A DNA stretch of 64,000 bases, taken from NCBI GenBank assembly GCA_951406725.2, contig OX597832.1:10602001-10666000 (forward strand), given 5' to 3'. The position numbers and the translations under genes were made by a program. Below, one piece after another: positions 36,946 through 49,907 of this stretch. The notes beneath the pieces are model-generated. The model ran no database searches. It was not told the DNA's origin and was given only the letters and a program-made list of their open reading frames with translations. Source of the DNA: Octopus vulgaris. Taxonomy: Eukaryota. Within the stretch, counting starts at the first letter, position 1. Each line of letters opens with the position of its first letter.

Positions 36946-37034
36946 TATTTTCATCTACTACTAACACTACTACTACTGCTTCTTCATCACCACTTTCCAC
37001 CTACTGCTTCTACGATTAATAATAACTATCATCA

Positions 37035-37084
<50 letters not shown>

Positions 37085-38139
37085 TGAAGTTAAAATTCAG
37101 AAGGCAGACCTACGTCTCTTTGATCATCTGAGTATGTAATATGCGTATCAGAAAAATACTATAATCGATTTACTCAAGGCTACCGATTTTTCCTTCATAT
37201 TATCGTTTGGTATTATTGAAAAGGAATTAATGAATTTACATCGTGCCATGATCTACATTGTTTTTGTTTTGTTTTGTTTTTTGTTTTTGTTTTTGTTTTT
37301 TTTCAATTTCGAATCAATGGTATAAATAACTGTATTTGTTGTTCGTAATGGTATAAATTATAGTGTTTGTTCTTCGAAGTGGTATAAATATTAGTATGTG
37401 TATTTGCAATAACAAAGAAAATGTGTGGCCTTGCATCTTGCACAGCGAAATAATTCATTTGCTGAATATTAATACAACGGAATAGCGTTTGATGGAAGAA
37501 TCGTCAAGACGCCAGTCAAACTACATTGACCTAATTTACTAACATAGTTTAACATTCTTCGATACAAATCTTGCCGTGTGTATATGGGCTTTCATCTTTC
37601 CAGGATCGATAAAATAAGTATCTTTCAATTAATGTACTGAATTTAATTGATTGTCCACTCTAGAGCTAAAAAGGAATCTTTGCTTTATACCAAATTTAGA
37701 AGTTAATATCAATATATTTCATTGACGATAGATGGACGAAGTGTTAGAAGTTACCAACACAATTTCCTGGCCTAAATTTATACCTATGTCTTGATACGTT
37801 CTGAATCATAAAACCTGGTCATGTCGGCTTTTCTGTTCATCATTTCATGGTTGAAAAACTAATAACAAGTTAGTAAGAATTGTGCTTGATTTCATCAAAT
37901 GTCCAACTATTACACAAAAAGCAACACTAAATAAAAAATATATAAAAAACATAAACTATGTCGTCTTCTGCTAGACTGAGGTTTTAATATATAGTTGAAT
38001 GGTCCAGGAATGGATTGATTTGATTTCAAACTGTCGCTCAAGACGAAAATTCTAACAACCTTAAATTTCGTTTTCATTTGTGTGTTAAGCAAATTATCAC
38101 CAATCGATAACTGGGGTCTATTTAAATGTTTAGTAATGT

Positions 38140-38172
<33 letters not shown>

Positions 38173-38727
38173 GGTAATATGCCTTGTCACAGTGAGACGC
38201 TGAATCCACAATTTCTTCCCTACTCCTGGAGGAAGATACCTTTAGGCTAATCAGGCGATAACTCTCCGACGATTAAGTCTGTTTGGGTAGTCGTTAATCG
38301 TGAGGGTTTTATGAGGTCAGATCGCAAATCTCAGCTCAAACTTTTTTAGTTGCCTTTTACGACAAGTAGAGGTAACGTAGCGCCCATTCATTAACAATCT
38401 GGTCCCAAAACAAATGGGTGACTATCGTATTTTACCAAATTTAAAATAATAATCTATACGCGTTACTGCTGATATGCCTTTTGCTACCAATCGATCGAAC
38501 AGACTTATCATTTGAGAATCCTAACCGTGACTATTTCTTCATTTTCGAAAGTATTGAAGACTATATTACCTAATATGTATTTTTCCTTTTGAGATGAAAG
38601 TATGGATTGATCTAGAGAAAATTTGGCTATTATTTCTAGTTATTTGAGCCAAGTAGTATTTTGATTAAATAATAATTTTCCTTTAGTCAATATATATATA
38701 TGCAAACATATATACTTATGTATATAT

Positions 38728-38818
<91 letters not shown>

Positions 38819-38847
38819 TATGTATATCTACATATATATACACACAT

Positions 38848-38895
<48 letters not shown>

Positions 38896-40457
38896 TCATA
38901 TATGTGTGCATATACATATATATATATACACGCGCATACACACACATACGTAAGCATCTGAGATGTACTTTATGTTTCATCTTTCCTTGCCGAAATAATA
39001 AAGATGACGCTGATATATAAAGGATGGAATACAATGAACCAAGCACGCTTTTGTCTGGCCTTACGTTTTGACTTCAAATTTCACCGAGGTGAAATTTGCA
39101 TTTCATACTTCGTGGCAGATAGAATAAGTGCCAGTTGATTACTGGCGTCGATGTTGTCAACTAACCCCTTTCTGCGAAATTCCTGGCTTTGTGACAACAA
39201 ATTTAATCGAAATTAGATGTGAATGTTGCAATAGAGTTAAAAGGGAAAATTACCTTTTAGCATTGCATATATCATACGGCATTTAATCCGTGTCTCTGCT
39301 CAACGATTTCAATTCTCGCTGAGGTCATCTTAGTGTTTAAAGCTTTCGGAAACCATATAACCATATACCAAGTATGGGAACAGAGTTGTAGTACTAGGAT
39401 CGTGATTTGGTTTATATATATCGAGATTTGGTATTCTTTCACTTTTGGTGGACAATCGGGAGTAATGTCAAAATTTCGTCAAAGGAAGGGGCTCATACGA
39501 AACATGAAATATTAAAATTACAACGCAATCTTCTTTGTCAACTGTCTTCGCTATAATATCTCACTAGTATGATATGCCATCGACAATTAATCATCCATCT
39601 TTAAGAATTGACGTTCTGCCAACGCCAAAAATCATTAAACTTCCTCCTTTCTTCTTTTGTGTTTGTGTGTGTGTGTGTGTGTGATTTTTTTTTTTGCGCG
39701 AGTTCCTCTCCTACCTATTTCTATATTAAATGTGTTGCCATGGTGAGTTTGTAATTTTTCGGTCGAATGGAAACGGCATTCAGCTTTTGATTCCTGTTTT
39801 CTTTACCTCAAGCACTGAATACTCTTAGGATTGCCAATAATATCGGCGTAATTTACATTCGGTAAAATCTGCATGGTAAAGAACATCGTCTCTTCCTTTA
39901 AAACTCCAAACGATCCAGATAAAAATTTAGGATGACAATCACCATCATCATCATCTCCATCATCATCATCATCATCATCGTTATCATCATCATTATAACG
40001 TTGTAACTACTATCAGTAGAGCATTCAAAAGTAATTGAAATCTCTTCATTTTTATCCTGCGGCTAACTCTGAATATGACACAGGATTCCCCAAACAATAC
40101 ATCTATCCAACGTACGATTTTGTTTGTATTCTTAGCTTATCTCTGACTAAGTGTTTCAGTACGTTCCCAGTTATATTGTGTACGCCTTGCATTCGAAAGT
40201 GCTGATATGCAAATGATTAATATCATAAGATTTCATATAAATAACACACAACATATTCCTCTTGTCTTTCCTTTTCTCACTTTCCCCTCATTTCTTTGCC
40301 CCCTCCCTATTCCCCCCCTCTTTCTCCTCCTCTCTGTTTCTTTCAAGTACGTGAGAGGACAATATTAAGAAAATGAAATTAAACAGTCGGAATTATTAAT
40401 TCATTTTCACTGTTGATTGAGCAAATCAATGATCAAAGATATTTTAGTCATGACCAG

Positions 40458-40502
<45 letters not shown>

Positions 40503-40554
40503 TATATATATATATATATATATATATGTTTATATGTATAAATGTTTATATATA

Positions 40555-40612
<58 letters not shown>

Positions 40613-41298
40613 TGTGTGTATATATATATATATGTGTGTGTGTTTGCTTGTGTGTGTGTGTTTATTAATATAATCATATTATCAAATATGGCTCTATGTT
40701 TTACTAAGACTGGACAATTTTGGTGATTGAAGGAAGAATTTGAAGACATTTTTGTCTCCAGATATATATTTATTAATTTCCGTATTCAATTACTTATGGG
40801 TTTCGGTGTTGGGTGCAAAAAAGGGAATTCAGCTGATCACATTATCCGTTTCTGAAACTAGAGAAATGTTTATTCATGAAATTATCAAGTATGTAGCTAG
40901 TTATTTCACACATCCATTGTCTGAAACAACTAAGATTGTCTGAAATGCTATAACAACATTATAGAGCAATATTCACTTTTGAATAACACATAAAAATTGG
41001 GAAGACAAAGAGAGGGCAGTAAGAAAGACAAAAAGTGTGAGTAAGGTAATGTATTTTCTGTTACTGTACTATATTTGTCTATGTTCTCAACATTGACGTC
41101 GACTGTATTTATAATCATAGACCTGGTTAGAATAATTTCCGTTTAACTGCGCTCTGACAATTCAAGTAAAACCAAACAACAGGAATATGCATATATAATT
41201 ATTTACATTTAAGTAAACTACGGCTGTGATGCACGACAGTCCATTGTGATACCTCTCCATATTCCTTGTAAAACAACTATGATGATGATGATGATAAC

Positions 41299-41342
<44 letters not shown>

Positions 41343-41354
41343 TAATAATAATGG

Positions 41355-41773
41355 TTTGAAATTTTGGCACAGTGCCAGGTATTTGAGTGGAGGATATAAG
41401 TCAATTATATCGACCTCAGTGTTCAACTGGTAATCTCATCGACCCTGAAAGGAAGAAACGCCAAGTTGACCTTGGTGGATTTGAACTCAGACTGACGAAA
41501 TGCCGCTAAGGACTCTGCCCGGCGTGCTAACGGTTCTTAGCAAAAACCCAACAACAATAATAATCCATTCTAATCTAGGTGCAAACAGTGAAATTTGAAG
41601 GGGTAAGTTAATTACATCACCCACAGTGCTCAATTGGTTCTTATTTCATCGACCTCAAGAGGAATGAAATCATAGTCGACCTCGGTGGAATTTGAACACA
41701 GAAAGTAAAGACAGGTGAAATGCCGTTAAGCCTTTTCCCGGCAGGCTAATGGTTCTGCCAGCTCACTGCCTTA
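41355..41773 (-). mobile_element. Two adjacent SINE family B copies (about 41355..41540 and 41570..41773)
   Basis: Each has GACCT.GGTGGA.TTTGAAC.CAGA and GAAATGCCG.TAAG...GCTAA.GGTTCT. Confidence 0.75.
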
Positions 41774-41819
41774 ACGATAATATATATATAAATATGTATG
41801 TATGTATGTATGTGCATAA

Positions 41820-41885
<66 letters not shown>

Positions 41886-42333
41886 GTATACTCATATATA
41901 GTTTTTATTTCAAATTATGTTCGACCTACTCGAAATATTGGTTAAATGAAATGAGGAAGCAGCCAAATACCAAGGGACAATTTATCTAAGAAGAAGCTTG
42001 AGATCTATCTCTGTTTGAAATCATTAGTATACATATTATCAGTCAGTGTGTGTGAGAAGCGAATATTATGTCGTACTACTGAGTTTATAGCTAAAGTGGG
42101 ATGTACACACGTGTAGAATTAATACTGTCTGAGATTTAGGTAAGAAATTCCAATATAATTCTGTAGGAAAATAAAATCAATATGAAACTATAATGCACAA
42201 CTTGATGCATTCTTCACTCTGGCAGTATGAAGTGTATTTATGTTATATACACACAACCTCACAACTTCCTCTTCCAAAGACGCACAAAGACACAAATATA
42301 CATATTTGTATGTCATGTGTGTCTGTCTGATTA

Positions 42334-42558
42334 TCTCTCTATATATATAAAACTGAGAATGTGTGTCTGTCTGTCTGTCTGTGTGTTTCCCCAAAACTTG
42401 AGAACTACGCAAACAATTTCATTCCATGAGGTATCATGGGCAAAAAAATGTTTAAATTCTTGCCTAGAGCGAGCCCACAGCAAAATCATATCTTCTCCAC
42501 TATTTCAGTATTACGTGTTAAAAGTGAAACAAAATCATCTCTCTATTGTATGTATATG

Positions 42559-42605
<47 letters not shown>

Positions 42606-43569
42606 CAAAATATAAAGTTATATCTTGAGATCGTTAGTGACAACAACGCTCAAAATATATAACAGATTGGAATAGTAGTGTTCAAATCAGCTGTATACAC
42701 ATTTTAATCCGAGGGGAGGCAATGCGAGCAGCAACTACAAGAACTCTAAAAAATCCACAGAAAGATCAAACACATACATATATTCATATATATCTACAGA
42801 ACAGACATAAAGCCAGACGTTTAGAAATATATAGTAATATATAAATATATAAACATCATATAAAAATATATCGTTATATTGTACGCATAAGATCCACTTT
42901 CCATAAGGAATTTAGAAATAAAAATTGCAATAAAAGTTAGAGATAATAATAACAATTGAATTAAATATAGTAAGTAGTAATTAAATATATTTTATTTTAT
43001 TAAAATGGTAATTAAATCGTAATATAACAATTAAAAGAAAAAATAGCAATTAGTTTAAAATGTATCAGGGACTTGAACTCGAATATGTGGCTTTGCATGA
43101 ATGGGAGAAATTAAAAGATGAAAAATTTAATTGGGTGCAGAAGGGAATTAGTCCAGATGGATATGTGCGCATACCATTTACTATAGCTGCTAGATTCAAT
43201 TATATGCTTATAAAGTAGCATTCAGTATCTATGAGAATTTTTGGGAGTACGTAATTTCTGGTCTTTCGCATGTAGCAGGTATGTAATTGTGCATTTGTTT
43301 CCGTGTACTATGTGTTGTGTGTAGAAAATCACCTGACGAGGGGAGTGTCAATTTTAAATATATAATATGTTTCATATTAATTGGTGCATCTCCGATGAAA
43401 TTTTATGTCTTTTTGTAAATTTGTATATCTATCTTCTATGTATTTTTCTCTGGAATTTTAATTCGTCTTTTTAATATGTCATTGTAAGTTTTATTACCCC
43501 AAATTTTTTATTTAACAAATTTATACCAAACTAGCACTATGACACGGCAACGCTGGGTCATAATGCTAG
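42334..43569 (+). mobile_element. Non-autonomous Helitron-like element, probably interrupted by an internal insert
   Basis: 5' A|TCTCTCTATATATATAAAA followed by a (GTCT)n tract. 3' GC-containing hairpin CTAGCACTATGACACGGCAACGCTGGGTCATAATGCTAG|T ending CTAG. A|T target, no TSD. Linking the two ends into one element is inference. Confidence 0.6.
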
Positions 43570-43710
43570 TATATATATATAATATATAAACCATGACAAT
43601 AACGTACCTAGATGTAACATACTAATCGATCGGCATATTTCAATCTATCTACCAATCTGTCTGTAGTAATGTTTTCACATCTATATTTATTTATCCCGTT
43701 TATATATATA

Positions 43711-43938
43711 TACTCTTTCACCACAACTTTCACTCTTCCTTTCTGTTTCTGTTGTATCTGTATTTCAAAAGGCCAGCCTTGTCACATTCTGTGTTACGCT
43801 GAATTTCCCCGGGAACTACGCTAAGTGTACACGTGTCTGTGGAGTGCTCTGTCACATGCACGTTAATTTCATGTGCTGACTGTTCCGTCGATCGTATCTA
43901 CTGGAACACTCGTCGTCGTAACCGACGGAGTGCCACGA
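43711..43938 (+). mobile_element. 5'-truncated copy of the 31857 SINE type
   Basis: Colinear with about 31997..32212. Confidence 0.85.
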
Positions 43939-44380
43939 GATAGATAGATATATAAATATAATGTCCTAACTGCATGTGTGTGAGTATCTGTGGATTTAGA
44001 TAGGTATATATACACACACGCTTCAAAACACACACATATGTGTGTGCGTGCGATGTACTTGTTATTGCATGTTGCTGAATCAAGTTTTGTTTGAGAAAAA
44101 CTAGGAAATTCAATTCTGAGAAGGCGCTCTCTCTCTTACACACATCTCTGCACATATATCCCGACCTGCTGCTCCCCAGTAATATTGAGACGACATCGGT
44201 AGAGCAGTTCTATTCATTAACGCAGCTCTATATATTAACGCTCTATGGAACGATCATTTCGTACTTCAGCACTGCGAAAAAAATGTCTACATTTATATAA
44301 GATTATACCAGCAGCGCATCACCTGCATAAACACGCCTTGTAAATGGAGTGGAAACTTAGATATTACTATTGCCACACAC

Positions 44381-44708
44381 GTGGGGAGGCGCAATGGCCC
44401 AGTGTTTAGGGCAGCGGACTCGCGGTCGGAGGATCGTGGTTTCGATTCCCAGACCGGGCGTTCTGTGTGTTTATTGAGCGAAAACACCTAAAAACTCCAC
44501 GAGTCTCTGGCAGGGGGTGGTGGCGACTTCTGTTGTACTCTTTCGCGCCACAACTTTCTCTCTCTCTCTCTCTCTCTATCTTCCTGTTTCTTGAGTAACG
44601 CTGCGATGGACTGTCGTCCCGTTCAGCTGGGGGGAACGCATACGCCACAGAAACCGGGAAACTGGGCCCATGAGCCTGGCTAAGCTTGAAAAGCGCGACG
44701 TTTATCGT
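44381..44708 (+). mobile_element. SINE family D (tRNA head plus V-domain-like centre) with 13-bp TSD
   Basis: TGGCCCAGTG A box, GTTTCGATTCC B box, CTGCGATGGACTGTCGTCCCGTTCAG (V-SINE domain-like); TSD TATTGCCACACAC at 44368..44380 and 44709..44721. Confidence 0.9.
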
Positions 44709-44714
44709 TATTGC

Positions 44715-44745
<31 letters not shown>

Positions 44746-46210
44746 ACACGTATAAAATTATCTTTGCCTCAATGTATTGACTCTGTATTTCAAGTACACT
44801 GTTGCTAGGATGCTAGTCCAATTTTGCTATAGATCTCTCTTACTTATTAGTTTTATGCATGTCAGCAAGCGTACAGCTATATAAATTTGTGGGTAAATTT
44901 ATAGTGTTTGAAAGATAAATATTTGAATCAGAATTAATTTTTAAATTGGCGATTTAGTAAATAAGAGACAGCGTTTGAGATATTTGGTACAACATGAAAA
45001 GCTAACTAATTCTCTCAGAGTATCTATTTGGAAATATATATATTCAGAATTTGAGAAAGAAATATCCAGCTGAAGATATATAAAACCGAGGAGTAGCAAC
45101 ATAAGAGATATATACCAAAGTTATATTACTAAAAAACAACTCATTATGTAGAAATACATACATACCCAATTTTAGATACTTCTATATCCCCCGTACCTCT
45201 AGCTATATGCATACACCGAACGAAATCAAGACAGGTCGGTTATATACATACATACATTTATACACGTTTTCGCATATATGATTAGATGAATAAATGTAAG
45301 TAGCACTATACGTAATTGATTGAATTTAATGGCAGTTTGACTTTGTTCTATGTGAGGCAGTTGTGTGATATACGTCCTTCTCATGAAATGTTTGCATTCA
45401 AAGACGTTTGTTGAGAGGAGGTACATTGTTCAGCTAAGGTCACATGATACTGATGCTTTCTAAGCGGCATCAGCGCCATTCTTTGTTTCATAGCGCCATA
45501 TGTGTATTATAATTACATGTCTCTCTGTTGTAAACTCATTATCCGGCGTATATTGATGGAGCTCAACATAGTTTAGAGCACCTGTACGTATATGATCATG
45601 TGTAGTGTATTACAGGATATTGCTAATTTTCAAAAATTTCACACACACATATAGAGAGATAAATACATAGCTATAGATATACACATATACACACTCATAT
45701 ACACAGAATGGAATACGTATAGAATGGGTTGAGTTTCATTATATATATAATATTTTCGTGAAAAATGCATCAGCCAACCATTTAAAAAAATATTTTCGTT
45801 GCAATCAAAATTCGAGATAACTCCAGGAAACCATATTGATAATCAAAGGGGTCACGGCTGATCGACTCACAAAGCTTACAAGAAAATCAGATAGACGCAT
45901 TTGCATATGTAATGCATTCATGTCAGTTGATTCGAATATATATTTGTGAGTGTGTGTGGATAATTGTGTACGCTAGCGATATGGTAGCCGAAGTAAAAAT
46001 GGTTCCCTTGCTCATATGTTCAAACGCCAATTATTGGGAGTAATACGAATAAAGAATAAAACAATATATGTAGATATACACACAGCGAAAAAAAAAGAGG
46101 GAGAGGGAGAGATAGAGGTATAAAAAGAAACAGTCTTGCTGCTAAGAGCGGAGAGATTCAGTTAAAATATAACTAGGAAATATATTGGACTGTATTGAAA
46201 ATATATATAA

Positions 46211-46595
46211 CTAGCAGTATCGCCCGGCGTTGCTCAGGTTTGTAAGGGAAATAACTATAAAGCATTTTTAGAGAGTTATAGCCAAAAAATAGCAAAAAAA
46301 TGGAAAAAAAAGGATGGTAAATTTTTTTTGAGAGTTAAAAAAGGTGGAGTTGCGTCCCCTAGACGGTCTGTGGTTTGGGTTTCTGATTCTCGACCCCATG
46401 TCGAATTTATCGATTTTTTTCAGAACTGGGGGAACTTTTCAAAATTTTCGCTGCGTTAGTTTTGAATTATGACATTGGGCTATGTGTGTGTCAAGTTTCA
46501 TCAGAATCGGTTGAAAGCCGTGGTCAGAGTGAGGGTACGAGAAAACAGACACACAGAAACACACACAGACAAACTGCCGTTTATATAGAGAGAGA
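46211..46595 (-). mobile_element. Complete non-autonomous Helitron-like element (385 bp)
   Basis: Minus strand begins A|TCTCTCTCTATATAAACGGCAGTTTGTCTGTGTGTG and ends AACCTGAGCAACGCCGGGCGATACTGCTAG|T: 5' TC, subterminal hairpin, 3' CTAG, inserted in an AT dinucleotide. Shares the GCAACGC loop region with the 43.5-kb hairpin. Confidence 0.8.
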
Positions 46596-47011
46596 TAAAA
46601 GTGAGGAAAAAATGTAATCGAAAATATATAACAAAAAGACAATCAATCTTTCTTGGATATACAATTGAACGCTTGGATGCATCGGGTTTCGAACCAAACC
46701 TTTGAATATACAACTATAAAGGGTAATCAAATACATCATAGACTTTTCGAGGAAAAATGTATCATCGTTAAACGTGAGATAATTTTAAGGGCAATGTGCA
46801 ACATCGTTTTAGATTTACGTTGTGATGCAACTTAGAGAAGGAAATAATAGCAGGAAAAAAGTATAATTTTTTTCATTTTTACTTTTTCATTAATGTTTCC
46901 TTTCGTAGCGTAAATATAAATTCGACTAAATTTCGATCATTCATATCTCTAATAGCCCATAAGCACACACACACACACACTCTCTCTCACACACTCTCTC
47001 TCTCTCCTATT

Positions 47012-47058
<47 letters not shown>

Positions 47059-47178
47059 TCAATTTTGTAATACGTCTGCAAATTCATATATATATATACA
47101 TATACATACAAACACACATACATATACACTAAGATATATATACTTAATATATATTTATTTTGTAATATCTCCAAACTT

Positions 47179-47252
<74 letters not shown>

Positions 47253-47934
47253 CACTTTTCATTTTATGATCAGCTATAATAAAAAGAACGTTACACATTA
47301 ATCTGACGGGTTTCCCAGTATGTTTGTAGAATTCAAATATATTATTCTTAAAGAACTTTATCCCGCTGAAACTTCGATGTCTCTCTCAACAACATTCTTG
47401 TATAATAATAAAGCACACACGCACACACACACACACAGATATATATGTATGTATTATGTATGCGCCTATATCTATACCTTAGTGCATGTATATAAAAATA
47501 TGTGTATACATACGCATACATTCTCATCACATATGAAAATTTAAGAGAGCATTGAATATATTAACTTTCACTGCCGTCGCGTTAAAAAGCTAACTAAAAC
47601 CAGTGTATAGTTACAACACAAACCTTCACAGAATTTGAAGACGTAATATTTACGGGATGACTGAGCTATTCTGTACTTTCTTTCAATTACTGTACTAACC
47701 GTGTTACATATTCTTAATGATATATCTCCTTGACATGCAATAACGAAGGTTTGTTGCCTCACTTGATCTACAGTTGTATGATGTGCGAACGTATACCTGT
47801 ACGCTCACGCACCTAATGAAATATGCATACTTACACGTATGCACACGCGCACACACACATACATAAAAGACGTGCATATGTCTATGTGTACATGCGAGTT
47901 CCTGCTGCATGTACATTTACTTAAATACAAACAT

Positions 47935-48081
47935 AGACGTAGGAGTGGCTGTGTGGTAACTAGCTTGCTTACCAACCACATGGTTCTGGGTCGCACCTTG
48001 GCAAGTGTCTTCTGCTATAGCCTCGGGCTTACCAAAGCCTTGTGAATGGATTTGGTAGACGGAAATTGAAAGAAGCCCGTC

Positions 48082-48152
<71 letters not shown>

Positions 48153-48460
48153 TGTATGTATGTATGTATGTATGTATGTATGCATGTATGCATGTATGTA
48201 TGTATGTATGTATGTATGTATGTATGTATGTATGTATGTATGTATGTGTATATGTTTGTGTCTGTGTTTGTCCGCCCAACATCGCTTGACAACCGATGGT
48301 GGTACGTTTACGTCCCCGTAACTTAGCAGTTCGGCAAAAGAGACCGATAGAATGACTTCTAGGCTTACAAAGAATAAGTCCTTGGGTCGATTTGCTCGAC
48401 TAAAGGCAGTGCTCCAGCATGGCCGAAGTCAAAATGACTGAAACAAGTAAAAGAATAAAA
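47935..48460 (+). mobile_element. SINE family C with expanded internal (TA)n(TATG)n and a deletion in the B-box region
   Basis: Colinear with the 34829 copy; microsatellite at about 48084..48250. Confidence 0.9.
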
Positions 48461-49674
48461 TAATAGATGTTGGCCAACCCGCACTCCTACATGTGTTAGC
48501 TCCTCATATCTAAATAGCATTTAAATCTTTTTTGATCTCACTACCTACCAAATTTTTAAATAAATAGGCGAGTTTGATGAGGTAGTCTTACCCATGTTGT
48601 ATATAGTCACCTATGGTAGCTTGAGTACCGAGATGGTCATGCGCAAAATAACAATTGCAATGGCAACTTTTAAACACCTATATTATCAGAATAGACGGTT
48701 TTTCCTTTCATTGCTAATAAAAATGTGAATGCCCTTACAGACTGGTCTGTCTGTCCAAGTGCATGTACAAAGTTATAACATGAGCTTTATTGCTTTTATG
48801 CAGACAAATCTGGAAGATAATCTCCTGACAAAATTTTATCTATTCATAAAAGAAATATCACAAATATATCTGAACGGGTAATAGAATTTATATGCACAGA
48901 AAAAGAAGACATAATCTGTTTTTCTGTCTATCAAATCCTGCATGTAGAGCCACAGAAGCGTAACAGACAGCCTAACACACACATAGTTACGTATGTATGT
49001 ATTGGACGAGATACTTGCAATGTGTACACACGACATGGAAGTATGTACAAAATTAAGATATATGCGTTTGCATACCGGATTACTATATTCATTGTCGCTA
49101 TTGTCAAAACGTTGCTATTATTTTTATCACTTCTTCCTATGGATTTTGCTGCTGTGTGTTTATCACGCACCAGTGCATGATCTAATCCACACACACACAC
49201 GTGTGGTTGTGTGTGAGAGATTTGGACAATTGCGAGAGAGAGACAGAAGTGTGCTTTGCCTCGGTCATTCTCTCAAATATAAAATGTACTCTGCTGCCAT
49301 TTTTTCATATTCATATTATTGCTATTGAAATAGTATTACTAGTAGTTTTGGTGTTGCCATTTACGTCGGGATTGTGGTTGTTTTTGGAGTATCCTTTAAT
49401 CACGTAATACGTCATTTTTGTTCATAATGCCCTCGAATATTACTTCTTAGATGTGCACTGCTTCAATGATCTCTCTGACTGGAAGCTGATGTGACTAGTC
49501 GCAAAAAGTTATTCCAGTGTTGTTTACCGGTTTTTCTTTTTTTACGTATAGCCTTTTAGACGAGTATAAGGTTGCACTGGTTTTGTTTTTATCACTGAAT
49601 TGTCCCTCGGACATTCCGCCTGTTCTGCTTATGAAATGCTTTTAATAGGATTCGTATCATGCTGTTTTCATAAT

Positions 49675-49907
49675 CTTATGTTTACTACCCACAAGGGGCT
49701 AAACACAGAGAGGACAAACAAGAACAGACAAACGGATTAAGTCGGTTATATCGACCCCAGTGCGTAACTGGTACTTATTTAAACGACCCCGAAAGGATGA
49801 AAGTCAAATTCCACCGCGGCGGAATTTGACCTCAGAACGTAAAGGCAGACGAAATACTGCTAAGCATTTCGCCCGGCTTGCTAACGTTTCTACCAGCCCG
49901 CCGCCTT
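49675..49907 (-). mobile_element. SINE family B long-tail monomer with perfect 16-bp TSD
   Basis: ATGCTGTTTTCATAAT at 49659..49674 and 49908..49923. Confidence 0.92.

Noticed and set aside
38172-38410. Possible LINE 5'-UTR fragment (GTTGCCTTTTACGAC motif)
   Set aside because: Only a short recalled motif, single copy in the window, no ORF support.
39703-39742. Candidate micro-exon ending in ATG|GTGAGT
   Set aside because: 40 nt would shift the frame and the GAG acceptor is weak.
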